Source: Vulcanimicrobiota bacterium
GTDB taxonomy: Bacteria > Vulcanimicrobiota > Xenobia > Xenobiales > JADMJV01
Assembly (NCBI GenBank): GCA_050250895.1
Contig: JBFWNU010000001.1
Location: 2,086,210 to 2,150,209 of the forward strand
DNA length: 64,000 nt
Direction of reading: 5' to 3'
Shown one piece after another: positions 37,338 to 46,970 of the stretch (position 1 is its first letter; each line of letters starts with the position of its first letter). The translations under genes were made by a program, and so were the position numbers. The notes under the pieces are model-generated. The model was given only the letters and a program-made list of their open reading frames with translations. It ran no database searches and was not told the DNA's origin.

Positions 37338-40300
37338 CGCTCCCACCACAGCTTGCCGCGGGCCCCGGGGTGGTTGCCGATCTGGTTCATCGAGTCGGCC
37401 TCATAGAGCCGTCCGTTGGCCATCACGTAGCGGACCGACTCGGTATTGTAGATGTCGGCTAACGGGTCGCGGTCGAGCACGATCAGATCGGCCAACTTGC
37501 CGGCCTTGAGCGAGCCGATATCACCATCGAGACCCAGATAGTGGGCCCCGTTGAGGGTGGCTGCTCGCAAGGCTTCCATCGGACTCATCCCGCCCTGGAC
37601 GAACATCCACATCTCCCAGTGGGCGCCCAGCCCTTCGCGTTGGCCGTGGGCTCCCAGGTTGACCTTCACCCCTGCATGCTCGAGATCGGCGGCCACCCGG
37701 GCGGCCCGAAAGTGGTTGTAGTCCTCATCCGGGGCTTTGGTGCGCCGCCGCGAACGCGGGTCGAGGATGCGCTGGGGCACAAAGCGGGCCAGACGGGTAT
37801 TCTCCCAGACGTTGGTCTTGTCATACCAGTAATTCTCGCCCCAGATGCCGCCATAGGCCACCACCAGCGTGGGGGTGTAGCCCACCTGGGTGCCCGACCA
37901 GAGGGTGAGCACATCCTGGTAGACTTTGGGCACCGGAATCGAGTGTTCGACGCCGGTATGGCCGTCGACCACCATGGTCATATTGTGCTCGAACAACGAG
38001 CCGCCCTCGGGCACCACCATCAAACCCAGCTCGCGAGCCGCTGCCAGCACCTGTTGGCGCTGTTCGCGGCGGGGCTGGTTGTAGCTCTTGACGCTAAAGG
38101 CCCCCCAGGCCTTCAGACGGCCTAAGTGGGCTCTGGCGTCCTCCAGACTGTCGATGGCGGCAAAGTAGCTGGGCGCCTTGGCCCCGTAGACGATGGTGCC
38201 GGTGGAAAATACCCGCGGAGCGGTGATGCGTCCGGCTTTCCCCAGCTCTGAGGTCGAGAAGACCTCGGCCGTATCGTTGGAAGGGTCGTGGATGGTGGTC
38301 ACCCCGAAAGCCAGCGTGGCCAGGTCATACCAGTTCTCTTGGGGAGTCAGCTGCGAGCTGCCCTGAGAGCCGTGCCAGTGGACATCCACAAAACCGGGCA
38401 TGACGACTTTGCCCCGAGCGTCGACCTGGTAGGAGCCGGCCGGTATCTGCACCTGGTCGGCCGGGCCCACCGCCTGGATGCGGTTGCCGCTGACCACCAC
38501 CGTGCCGGGGTCATAAATGGTGTCGCCTTCCATGGTGATGACCTTGCCGCCCACCACGGCTACCTGGCCTTCGGGTTTGTCGGTGGGCCAGGGAAAAGAC
38601 AGCGAGACCTCTTCGGTCGCACCCCCCGCGGTGGCCCGCGAAGAGAGCTTGGGGCCGAGCGCCCAGTGGATGCGCGAACCGCCGTTGGTCCAGTGGACGT
38701 AGTCGGCCGAGTGCTCGGTCAGAGCGTCTACCGGCAGAGCTTTGGTGGTCTCGCTGATCTCAGCCACCAGTCCCGAGTCGACGTAGGGGACCTGGAACCA
38801 GCGAAAATCCTGACAGAAGGCCAGATACTTGCCGTCGGGCGACAGCCGCAGATCGGTGACGAGCGTGCCGCCATCGAAGTGCTCGCGCTCTTGCGAGCCG
38901 TCGAGCAAGATGCTGCGCAGGGCCACCCGCTGGCCGCCCCGCACGAAGTAGACCCGCCTGGGGTCGGCCCCGAAGTGGGGATGGGCTGCCTGGGTGACCA
39001 GCTTCTCGGGCTTGCCGCCGGCGGCCGGGATCTTGAACAGGCCGCTTTCCATGGCGTAGAGCCGGCTGAGCAGGTTGTCGGCGTTGAGTTTGTCATAGAC
39101 GACCACGCGGCCGTCGGGCGAAAAGACCGGAGTGATAAATTGGCCGTGCTCGACTAACACTCGGCTGTTGCCTTCCAGGTCGCTCACCCTGACGCTGCCG
39201 GTGGCCGAGTCGCTCCAGGTAGTATAGACGAGACTTTTGCCGTCACGGCTAAAACTTGGATAAAACTCGAAATGCTCGCTCTGTTTGGTGAGCCGGCGAG
39301 GCTTGCCGCTGGGCAACTCTTGCAGCCACAGATAGCCGAGAGCCTGAAAGACGACCCGTTTGCCGTCGGGGGACACGGTCGGCCAGCGAATGGCCTTGAC
39401 CTGGAACTGGTCGGGCGCCACCTCGACGGGAAAGCGCAAAGCCTGCTGGACCTGACGGGTGGTGGTGAGGTGGAAGGGGATGTCGGTCACGGCCCCACCG
39501 GTCAGGGCCAGACGGTGAAACCCGCCGCCGGCATAGAAGACGAGCTGGCGCGAATCGGGCGTCCAGGCCATCGACGGATAGACGCCGTGGATAGCCCACG
39601 TCTCTTGCATGTCGCGCTCGAGGCCGTCGTAGAGAGGGGTCTCGCGCCCACTCTCGAGGTCTTTGACGAACAGCACCGTCTTTTCGCGCACCCGCCGTAC
39701 GAAAGCGATCCACTTGCCATCGGGCGAGGGAGTCGGCCGCACCGACCCCCCCGGGCCGGTGATGAAACGTTCGTTGAGGCCGGTGGCGCGTTCCAGGCGC
39801 CGAATGACATAGATCTCGCCGGTCGAGTCCTTGTTGTACTCGAAGGTCTGACCTTCGGTCATATCCTGGCTGTAGTAGACGTACTTGCCGTCAGGCGAAA
39901 AGGCCGGTTCGCCGACGTCCTTCTGGTCGTTGGGACGAGAAGTCATTCTCAGGCCCTCGCCGCCGCTTACATGATAAAGCCAGATTTCGCCGGCTCCCAG
40001 CGAGCGCTCGCCGGTGAAATGCTTGCGGGCCGCGATGAACTTTCCGCTGGGATCCCAGGCGGGGCTGTTGAGCAGGCGAAAGTTTTCCTCAGTCACCTGA
40101 CGAGCACCGCTGCCATCGAGGTTCATCACCCAGATGTTGTCACCGCCGCCGCGATCCGAGGTATAGGCGATTTGGCGGCCGTCGGGTGAAAAGCGCGGCT
40201 GCATGTCCCAGGCCAACCCGCTGGTGAGGGCCCGGGCTTCGCCGCCCCCGAACGGCATGGCGTAGATATCGCCCAGCAGGTCAAAGACAATCGTCTTGCC

Positions 40301-40447
40301 GTCAGGAGACACATCCAGGTTCAACCAGGTGCCTTCGTCGAGATCGAACTCGATGGTGGAAAGAGGGCCGCCGGGCTTTTCCACGTCCCAATCGGCCGCG
40401 GCCGGCAAGACCAGCAGCAGCAATAACAAGAATAGTCGCTTTACCAT
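37334..40447 (-). CDS. Secreted multi-PD40 beta-propeller protein fused to a C-terminal metal-dependent amidohydrolase domain (1037 aa)
   Basis: Signal peptide. Many SPDG blade motifs across roughly 600 aa. C-terminal amidohydrolase signature (GFVDVHWHG, later His/Asp ligands). Confidence 0.85.
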   Translation of the reverse strand: MVKRLFLLLLLLVLPAAADWDVEKPGGPLSTIEFDLDEGTWLNLDVSPDGKTIVFDLLGDIYAMPFGGGEARALTSGLAWDMQPRFSPDGRQIAYTSDRGGGDNIWVMNLDGSGARQVTEENFRLLNSPAWDPSGKFIAARKHFTGERSLGAGEIWLYHVSGGEGLRMTSRPNDQKDVGEPAFSPDGKYVYYSQDMTEGQTFEYNKDSTGEIYVIRRLERATGLNERFITGPGGSVRPTPSPDGKWIAFVRRVREKTVLFVKDLESGRETPLYDGLERDMQETWAIHGVYPSMAWTPDSRQLVFYAGGGFHRLALTGGAVTDIPFHLTTTRQVQQALRFPVEVAPDQFQVKAIRWPTVSPDGKRVVFQALGYLWLQELPSGKPRRLTKQSEHFEFYPSFSRDGKSLVYTTWSDSATGSVRVSDLEGNSRVLVEHGQFITPVFSPDGRVVVYDKLNADNLLSRLYAMESGLFKIPAAGGKPEKLVTQAAHPHFGADPRRVYFVRGGQRVALRSILLDGSQEREHFDGGTLVTDLRLSPDGKYLAFCQDFRWFQVPYVDSGLVAEISETTKALPVDALTEHSADYVHWTNGGSRIHWALGPKLSSRATAGGATEEVSLSFPWPTDKPEGQVAVVGGKVITMEGDTIYDPGTVVVSGNRIQAVGPADQVQIPAGSYQVDARGKVVMPGFVDVHWHGSQGSSQLTPQENWYDLATLAFGVTTIHDPSNDTAEVFSTSELGKAGRITAPRVFSTGTIVYGAKAPSYFAAIDSLEDARAHLGRLKAWGAFSVKSYNQPRREQRQQVLAAARELGLMVVPEGGSLFEHNMTMVVDGHTGVEHSIPVPKVYQDVLTLWSGTQVGYTPTLVVAYGGIWGENYWYDKTNVWENTRLARFVPQRILDPRSRRRTKAPDEDYNHFRAARVAADLEHAGVKVNLGAHGQREGLGAHWEMWMFVQGGMSPMEALRAATLNGAHYLGLDGDIGSLKAGKLADLIVLDRDPLADIYNTESVRYVMANGRLYEADSMNQIGNHPGARGKLWWER

Positions 40448-41796
40448 AGACTCCTCACGATGACGGAGCGCTGCATGCGCGCCGCTGGGGCCGCCAGGGC
40501 CGCCTTTTCAAGACTGGGCCAGCTGCCGGCCGGCAACTGGTGAGCCAGAATCACCCGGTCCTTCTGGCGGGTGAGTTGCCATTTGGAGCCGATAGCCTGG
40601 CGCGCGGCTTGCTCGAACTCGACAGCATCCCTCGCGGTATCCCAGACGGTCACCCAGAGAAAGCACGATTGCTCACCTCGGGTCCAGACCCGGTAGCGGT
40701 CGCCCCCCCAGCCGGTGGCGGCCACCTCGCGCTCGACCCCATGTTGCTCGAGAAAGGCTCGCACCAAAAACTCGCCGCCGGTGTCGTCGTGGCCGAGGAC
40801 CTTCCAGCCCTGGGGAGCCGGTAGGCCGGCCAGCTTCACCTGGATGGGAAAGTCGCGCTCTTCAAGATACTTTTCGGGGTGGATGACCTGCTCGCTCGAA
40901 AGCGGCAGATCCTGATACATCAGACTGACCGCCGGCCACCCCCCCATGGCCCGCACCCGGCCCACCAGACCCATGCCGATGTAGTATGGAAAGATCAGCG
41001 CTCGCTTGAAGTAGAGTGGGGCCCGGGTGTAGTTGCCCATGCCCGGTAAGGGAATCGGAAATTTGGTGACCAGATCGGCCATGCGCGACATATCCAGATT
41101 GGCGCCATCTACCGAGGCGTCGTCGCCCAGTTGGAAGTCGAACATGGCCAGGGTGGCCTCGCCCTCGAGCAGACTGCTGACAGCCAGGCTCATATCGGTG
41201 TTGTGGGCTTTGACGGCCTCGAGTTGGATTTTCTTGAGGTCGAAGTGCTGGTCGCCCAGGGCGTGATCGAGTTCGTGATAGATGAGCACCTCGTTGGGGT
41301 CGGCGCCGCCGGAAAGGAGCTTGGTGGCCAGGCTCTGCTTCACGTCCACCATGAAGAATTGACGGCTATCGGGGTCGTAGGCGCCGGCGATCTGCTCGGT
41401 GTAGAGTTCTTGCATGAAAGGCCGGATTTCGAAGTCCGGCTTGACGAGCCCCAGGTGCTTGAGCATGGCTTCGTCGAGGGTGCTCTGCTCGACCGGATAA
41501 TAGATCTCGAGCTGCTTGGCGAAGAACACCCCGAGTTGCTCGCGGTCCTTGACATGCCAGGGCACGAAATGCTCGAAGGCTAGACCCCGATTGGCCTCGA
41601 GTTTGACCATCAGGTGCTCGAGAGGGGCCCGCGAGGCGTCATGAGCGACCGTTTCGAGTGCCGTCATGCCCAGCGGTACCAACTCGGCCCCGGGCACTCC
41701 CTTCCATTCCTCCCACAGCCGATCACGGGTCTCCGACCAGTCGTCGGCCCTGGCCCAACCGGTCAGAAGTAACAGTAAGAGAACAATGGCGCGCAT
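40441..41796 (-). CDS. Secreted HExxH metallopeptidase-like protein (peptidase MA-like)
   Basis: Signal peptide MRAIVLLLLLLTGWARA and motif IYHELDHAL. It overlaps the downstream propeller-amidohydrolase gene by 7 nt. Confidence 0.62.
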   Translation of the reverse strand: MRAIVLLLLLLTGWARADDWSETRDRLWEEWKGVPGAELVPLGMTALETVAHDASRAPLEHLMVKLEANRGLAFEHFVPWHVKDREQLGVFFAKQLEIYYPVEQSTLDEAMLKHLGLVKPDFEIRPFMQELYTEQIAGAYDPDSRQFFMVDVKQSLATKLLSGGADPNEVLIYHELDHALGDQHFDLKKIQLEAVKAHNTDMSLAVSSLLEGEATLAMFDFQLGDDASVDGANLDMSRMADLVTKFPIPLPGMGNYTRAPLYFKRALIFPYYIGMGLVGRVRAMGGWPAVSLMYQDLPLSSEQVIHPEKYLEERDFPIQVKLAGLPAPQGWKVLGHDDTGGEFLVRAFLEQHGVEREVAATGWGGDRYRVWTRGEQSCFLWVTVWDTARDAVEFEQAARQAIGSKWQLTRQKDRVILAHQLPAGSWPSLEKAALAAPAARMQRSVIVRSLW

Positions 41797-41837
41797 CGGG
41801 GGATGGGTTCGCCCCCTCGCCTTCGAATCCTAGACCC

Positions 41838-42272
41838 ATGGATCGTTTTATGCAAGCAGCTATCGACGAAGCCCGCGCTGGTTTGGCCCAGGGCGGCATT
41901 CCCATCGGCTCGGTGCTGGTCAAAGATGGCCAGATCGTGGCTCGCGGCCACAACAAGCGCGTCCAAGAACTCGACCCGGTGCTGCATGCCGAGATCGACT
42001 GCCTGCGCAACGGCGGGCGCCTGGGCAGCTATCGCGGCACCGTGCTCTACTCGACTCTGATGCCTTGTTACCTGTGTGCCGGAGCGGTGGTCCAGTTCAA
42101 GATTCCCAGGGTCATTGCCGGCGAGTCGAAGACCTTCGCCGGAGCGCGCTCGTTTCTCGAATCCCACGGAGTCGAGGTGATCGACCTCGAGAATGCCGAG
42201 TGCATCGGGTTGATGGAAGATTTCATCGCCGCCCACCCCGAGCTGTGGGCCGAGGACATCGGGGAGGCCTAG
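41838..42272 (+). CDS. Yeast-type (Fcy1-like) cytosine deaminase, CMP/dCMP deaminase zinc-binding family
   Basis: Motifs HAEIDCLRN and PCYLCAGA. The C-terminal tail (FIAAHPELWAEDIGEA) closely parallels the Fcy1 C-terminus. The ATG is at 41838 inside the longer ORF. Confidence 0.82.
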   Translation: MDRFMQAAIDEARAGLAQGGIPIGSVLVKDGQIVARGHNKRVQELDPVLHAEIDCLRNGGRLGSYRGTVLYSTLMPCYLCAGAVVQFKIPRVIAGESKTFAGARSFLESHGVEVIDLENAECIGLMEDFIAAHPELWAEDIGEA

Positions 42273-42745
42273 ACCTCGGAAAAGAACCAGTAGACGGCCT
42301 TGAGCGTGTCGCGCACGTCGGGCTCGAACAGCGCGTCATCGACTCTGGCCAGGCCTACCTCGAACTGGTTGAGGATGCGCTGGTCGCCGACCTTGATGCC
42401 CTGACGAAAGCGGTCCACCACCGTTTCGAGTTCGCCTTCGTCAAACCAGATGCCCTGGCATTGTTGGCACAGGTCGAGCACGACCTGGGCGGCGATCACC
42501 TCGGCCAGGCCGCACCAACAGCGCGGACAGGCGCGAGGCACCGGGCGAAAGCCGAAGGTCACGGGCTGGCGGTCGCGCCAGCGCTCGAGAAATTCGTCAA
42601 CCAGGGTGGGAATGCCCAGAAACGAAGCCAGCTCACCGCTGTCAAACCACAGACCGCTACAGGCCCGGCACAGGTCCAGCTCTAACTCGCCCGCTCGCAC
42701 GACCTGCAGCAGCTGGTCGGTGCAAGCCGGACACTTCAAGCTCAC
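42269..42745 (-). CDS. Tandem zinc-ribbon (zf-TFIIB-like) protein
   Basis: Two copies of CPxC...L.LC..C.G.WFD.GEL. Confidence 0.62.
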   Translation of the reverse strand: MSLKCPACTDQLLQVVRAGELELDLCRACSGLWFDSGELASFLGIPTLVDEFLERWRDRQPVTFGFRPVPRACPRCWCGLAEVIAAQVVLDLCQQCQGIWFDEGELETVVDRFRQGIKVGDQRILNQFEVGLARVDDALFEPDVRDTLKAVYWFFSEV

Positions 42746-42816
42746 TGACTTGGAAGACCCCCTCAGCTCGTGGTGGTCTTTCTTCTTTCGGCAATCGGCC
42801 TGCGACCCCTGGCCAG

Positions 42817-43074
42817 CTAGCCTCCCTGAGCGCTACACTGCATGCCCATCTGCTGGCAAATTCGCTGCCACACGCCCTCGCCCGCATCCAGGGCCGCTTC
42901 CAGCCCGGGACTCAGGTTGTTGCGCCCGCCCCGGGGCCGGCTCTGGGCCTCGTTGGTCAGGGTGGTACGGTCGCCCGAGGGGGCGCCCGTCGGGGTGGCC
43001 GCGGGGCGATTGGGCTGCTGGCGCTGGGCCGGCTGGTTCTGAACGCGATTGATCTGCATCAGTCCTCCACACAC
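42817..43074 (-). CDS. Small Gln/Pro-rich hypothetical protein
   Basis: ORF only. An inverted-repeat operator-like site lies upstream. Confidence 0.28.
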   Translation of the reverse strand: MCGGLMQINRVQNQPAQRQQPNRPAATPTGAPSGDRTTLTNEAQSRPRGGRNNLSPGLEAALDAGEGVWQRICQQMGMQCSAQGG

Positions 43075-43150
43075 TACTCTCCGGTTGCCGACCGGGATGA
43101 CCCCAGTCTAGCTGGGGGACTTGTGGGCGCGTCTTTGACTACCGATCGCG

Positions 43151-43172
43151 AATGTTATCGTTCTGTAACATT
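43151..43172. promoter_or_regulatory. 7-bp perfect inverted repeat AATGTTA-N8-TAACATT in an AT-richer intergenic region upstream of the minus-strand small ORF and zinc-ribbon gene
   Basis: Seen directly. It lies about 80-100 nt upstream of the 43074 start codon. Candidate operator for a dimeric regulator. Confidence 0.35.
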
Positions 43173-43224
43173 GTGAGAGTGCTTCAAGCCGTCTTGAACT
43201 GAAGGCTCCAAGGGAAACTCCAGC

Positions 43225-45153
43225 TCAGTGGCCCCAGGTCGGCCACGACTCACCGATAGAGGGCGTGTTGGTCAGGTTGACTTTGTTGTTGCCGTCAGAG
43301 TCCATGCGCCAGATGTCGCCGCCCTCCATATAGACCACCTGAGAACCGTCGGGAGAGACGGCGGGCGAAAGAGAGGGGGCGGCCGTGTTGGTCAGATTGG
43401 TCCAGTTCGAGCCGGCGTTGGTGACCGGATCGATGTCGGCCCGCCAGATGTCCCAGTTGCCGCCAGCTCGGCAACTGTAGTAGAGCTGCAGCCCATCGGG
43501 GGACCACCACGAATAGCTCTCGAAGTTGTTGCCGCCCGGCGTGCCCACCAGCGCCTGGTTGCTAAAGGTGCGGGTGGTGGGGTCGAAGTCGGCGATGATG
43601 ATGCGTAGACCCGAAAAGCCCAGGGTGCCCACCATGGAGAGGCGGGTGCCATCGGGCGAGACGGCCGCGTTGATGCCGCCGTCGCCGGTGCCCGAGAGAG
43701 CGTTGTGGTTGCTGACCGTCCCCAGGCCGTCGACCACCACCAGATCGAGGTTGTTAGCGTAGAGCAGGTTACCGTCGGGGTCGAGGCTGCCGACCTCATA
43801 GGCGGTGAAGTTGGCTCGCCGGGTGACGGTAAGGGCATCGATGTCGAGGCTGTGCGGTTTCATGCCGCCCCCCGAGCGATTCGATAGAAAGAGGACCTGG
43901 TCGACCCCGAACGAGGCTCGCGGCATGCGGTCGGGACCGGGATAATTGCTCAGATTGACCGGCTCTGACCCATCGGGGTTCATCTGATAGATTTCGTCGT
44001 TGCCGTCGCGGTCGGTCTGGAAGTAGATGTGGCTGTTCTCGGTGGTGCGAACCACTCCGCCGGCCCCGATGGTGGCCGTGGCCGAGGCTCCGGCCGGGTC
44101 GGTGATGGTGCACACCAGCGGATAGTCGAGGTTGGGGCCGGCCCCCGGAGGTGGCTCGAAGGTGGTGCGCAAGACCCAGACATTGGCGGTGGGATCCCAC
44201 TCCATGGGGGTGTTGGGCCCGGTAGAGAAGGCTCCACCGCTGGTGCAGGTCCAGGTTAAAAAGACCGGATCGCCATCGGTGTCCTGGGCCCTCACCTCGA
44301 GGGTCAGTTTGTGTCCCAGTCCCAGCAAAACGTCGACGCCGGCCGGCAGCGAAGCCGGATTGCTGGCCGGCTTGGGCTGGGGGGCTCCGGCGAAGGTGGG
44401 GGCGTTGTTGGCCCCGGCGGCCAGGCCCGGCGGGGCGGGAGCGGCTACCAGGGCACCTCCCTCGGGAATGGCGCCGTTGACCAGATCGGGGGTCAGTTTG
44501 AGCGACCCCAGGGGAGTGACGGTGATGGTGTAGGCAGTTCGGGCCTGGCTCAATTGGAAGAAGCTGTTCGAGAAGCCGGTGCCCGTGCCGGCCAGGTTGG
44601 TGGCCGTCTGGTCGAGGGCGGTCAGGGTGGCCAGGTGGTAGGCCCCATCGAACCCCGGCAGGTCGTTGGTCAGCACCGAGCCGGAAGGGGTGAAGACGAA
44701 GACATAGTCCTGGTCGAGTCCGGCCGGGCCTGCGGCCAGCCAGGTGGACAGATCGAAGGTATCGGCGCTACTGCCGGTCGGCAGCCGGTCGACTCGCTCG
44801 CTGCCGGTCCAGGCTCCCACAAAGATTAGGCTATCAGGGTACTCGTTGGCGAAGTTGACCACCCTCACCAAGCGGGGGGCCGAGCGCCCCTCCAGCAGAT
44901 AAAGCGACTGCGACTGGCCTCCCCCCCGGGCCCCACTGGGAAAGGCCAGGGCGACCGGAGCACGGGTCGCCAGCGCCCGGCTGCGGGCGGCCACCAATTC
45001 TCCCATCACGGCCTGGGCCAGAGCTCGCGAGCGTCCCTTTTCGCGACCCTTCTGGGCCGAATAGAGCGAGAGCCCGGCCAGGACTGCCAGCAAGGCCATG
45101 GCCACTATCAGTTCGGGCAGGCTAAAGGCCCGTCTCATTGCTCTTCGCGCCAT
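43225..45153 (-). CDS. Prepilin-type N-terminal domain fused to a C-terminal PD40/TolB-like beta-propeller (642 aa)
   Basis: N-terminus RRAFSLPELIVAMALLAVLAGL (pilin-like, Ala at -1). The C-terminal third carries SPDG/WSPDG blade motifs (VSPDGTRLSM, WWSPDGLQLYY, VSPDGSQVVY). Confidence 0.75.
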   Translation of the reverse strand: MARRAMRRAFSLPELIVAMALLAVLAGLSLYSAQKGREKGRSRALAQAVMGELVAARSRALATRAPVALAFPSGARGGGQSQSLYLLEGRSAPRLVRVVNFANEYPDSLIFVGAWTGSERVDRLPTGSSADTFDLSTWLAAGPAGLDQDYVFVFTPSGSVLTNDLPGFDGAYHLATLTALDQTATNLAGTGTGFSNSFFQLSQARTAYTITVTPLGSLKLTPDLVNGAIPEGGALVAAPAPPGLAAGANNAPTFAGAPQPKPASNPASLPAGVDVLLGLGHKLTLEVRAQDTDGDPVFLTWTCTSGGAFSTGPNTPMEWDPTANVWVLRTTFEPPPGAGPNLDYPLVCTITDPAGASATATIGAGGVVRTTENSHIYFQTDRDGNDEIYQMNPDGSEPVNLSNYPGPDRMPRASFGVDQVLFLSNRSGGGMKPHSLDIDALTVTRRANFTAYEVGSLDPDGNLLYANNLDLVVVDGLGTVSNHNALSGTGDGGINAAVSPDGTRLSMVGTLGFSGLRIIIADFDPTTRTFSNQALVGTPGGNNFESYSWWSPDGLQLYYSCRAGGNWDIWRADIDPVTNAGSNWTNLTNTAAPSLSPAVSPDGSQVVYMEGGDIWRMDSDGNNKVNLTNTPSIGESWPTWGH

Positions 45154-45623
45154 CGGATCACCTTGAAGTAGTTGGGGTTTGGGCTGGCCGGCGTAGGCCG
45201 CAAGTTGGGCGTGAAGTCGATCTCGGCGCTGACGGTGCGGGTCGCCAGCGGACTCTCGTCGGGGCCCAGCCGGCCTACGGAACGAAGTTCGAGCAGATAA
45301 TACGGAGCCCGATTACGAGTGGTGTCGACCGATACGGTGTACGAGCCCAGCGGTGAGCCGTCGACCTCGGTGAACAGCTCGTGGTACTCAAAGACCGGCT
45401 CTTCGGCCGACAGGCGGGGGGGAAACAAGGGATCTTTTTGTAGCTTGCCCAGCGCGTCTTCCAGGCCGGCCTCGGCGATGGAAAGCGCCGAAGCTCCGGC
45501 GGCCGCCTGGCGCACCCCGCGATATTGCGAGGCTCGCTGAGCCAGATAGCCGACTCCCATCACCAGCAATAGAGCCAGGATCAGCAAGGCGCTTACGATG
45601 ACGGAGCCGGTTTTGCGCGTCAT
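45135..45623 (-). CDS. PilX-like minor pilin (PilX N-terminal domain)
   Basis: N-terminus GSVIVSALLILALLLVMGVGYL...SIAEAGL. Confidence 0.68.
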   Translation of the reverse strand: MTRKTGSVIVSALLILALLLVMGVGYLAQRASQYRGVRQAAAGASALSIAEAGLEDALGKLQKDPLFPPRLSAEEPVFEYHELFTEVDGSPLGSYTVSVDTTRNRAPYYLLELRSVGRLGPDESPLATRTVSAEIDFTPNLRPTPASPNPNYFKVIRWREEQ

Positions 45624-46174
45624 AGCCTCACCCTCGGATAGACCTGGCTGCGCAACTGGCGAATACCGCCGGCTGCCTCAAAACTCAGCACCAGTTCCAG
45701 ATTGCCGGTGGTCAGATACTGGCAGGCCAGGCCTTGCACCTGGTCGGCTACCAGAGCGGTGCTGCTGGTGCCGTCGGGGTAGGTGAGCCGCCGGGTCAGG
45801 CCCCCCGAGACCACGCTATAGCTGACGGTCACCGCGTAGTCGTTGAGCGGGGCTACTCCCAGCACGTCGAAGGGGTCCCAGGGAGTGGTTCCGGTGAAGC
45901 GGCTGGTGTTGGCCGGGTCGATGAGCTGGAAGGTCAGGCTCGAGGCGCTGCCCACGGCTGGCGGAGAGCTGACCGAGAAGGCGCCCTCGACCTCGCTGCG
46001 CATCCGGTCCATCCCCACCATGATCGATTGCAGCTGGGCGTCCTTGAGTCCCAGCTGGTTGACCGCCCGCGAATAGCTGGTGATGACCGTGGCCGCGATG
46101 GCAAAGACGATGCCGACCAGCAGCATGGTCACCATTGCCTCCAGCAGCGAGAAGCCTCTAGGGCGCCAGCTCAA
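45620..46174 (-). CDS. Pseudopilin (PilW/GspJ-like), canonical prepilin motif
   Basis: Motif RPRGFSLLEAMVTMLLVGIVFAIA. Confidence 0.75.
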   Translation of the reverse strand: MSWRPRGFSLLEAMVTMLLVGIVFAIAATVITSYSRAVNQLGLKDAQLQSIMVGMDRMRSEVEGAFSVSSPPAVGSASSLTFQLIDPANTSRFTGTTPWDPFDVLGVAPLNDYAVTVSYSVVSGGLTRRLTYPDGTSSTALVADQVQGLACQYLTTGNLELVLSFEAAGGIRQLRSQVYPRVRL

Positions 46175-46970
46175 CGAGCACCTCCTGGCGGATGTCTATC
46201 CCCTGATAGCGCGTGCGGGCCACCAGGGCGCAATTGCCTCCGGCGTAACGCCGGCTGCCGTCGGGGTTATCGATGAAGTTGGACAGCGAGGCTTGAGAGC
46301 CGTCGCGACGGGCGTTGGTGACCGTGCCCATGCCGGGTCGGGCCTCGGCCGACCAGACGAACAAAGCGTCGGGGATGAGATTGCCAGCACCGTCGCGTAG
46401 CTCGGCCTGGTAGCGCACCGACAGGTCGTGGCCCAGCGGTGGCGAGACGGCCGTGACCGGAGTGACCACCACGGAGAGGCCGACCAGGTCGCGGACGGGT
46501 GAACCCACCAGGCTGGTCAGGCTGACCCGTTCGGTGGCCGTGCCCCGGCCCCAGCGGACCTGCACGCGCACCTTGCGATAGGTGGCCGCCAGCCGCCGCT
46601 GGTCCCCGGCGTGTTGGGCCTCGAGCAGGCTGCAGGGTGAGTCGAGCGGGGGGCTCTGGAGGCTCACGTCGATAGCATATTCGGGATAGTCGGGGGGCAC
46701 GAGGGTGGTCCCGTCGTAGGGCGCCCAGGCTCCTTCGAAGTTGAAAACGGGCGCCGCGGGTTGACGAGCCCAGCCCCGGATCTCGGCCAGGGTCCGCTGG
46801 GCCAGCATGGTGGCGATGGCGGCTTGTTCGGCCCGGGTAGAATAGGTGAGCGAACTGTGAAAGAGCTGGGTGGTCACGAACAGACCGGCCACCAGCACGA
46901 ATAGGCCGATGGTGGTCTCGATGAGACTGCCTCCTCTGCGCTTACCCACCGAGTTTGTCCAAAAAGCCAT
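46158..46970 (-). CDS. Pseudopilin-like protein (GspH/PilV-like)
   Basis: Internal start MAFWTNSVGKRRGGSLIETTIGLFVLVAGLFV (G-S-L-I-E prepilin motif). The 5' part of the long ORF 46158..47408 is an out-of-frame read of the gspF 3' end. Confidence 0.58.
   Translation of the reverse strand: MAFWTNSVGKRRGGSLIETTIGLFVLVAGLFVTTQLFHSSLTYSTRAEQAAIATMLAQRTLAEIRGWARQPAAPVFNFEGAWAPYDGTTLVPPDYPEYAIDVSLQSPPLDSPCSLLEAQHAGDQRRLAATYRKVRVQVRWGRGTATERVSLTSLVGSPVRDLVGLSVVVTPVTAVSPPLGHDLSVRYQAELRDGAGNLIPDALFVWSAEARPGMGTVTNARRDGSQASLSNFIDNPDGSRRYAGGNCALVARTRYQGIDIRQEVLVELAP

Noticed and set aside
42817-43074. Possible FlgM-like anti-sigma factor
   Set aside because: The Gln/Pro/Thr-rich N-terminus vaguely resembles FlgM, but the C-terminal sigma-28 binding helices are not recognisable and there are no flagellar genes nearby. 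Kept only as a low-confidence hypothetical ORF.
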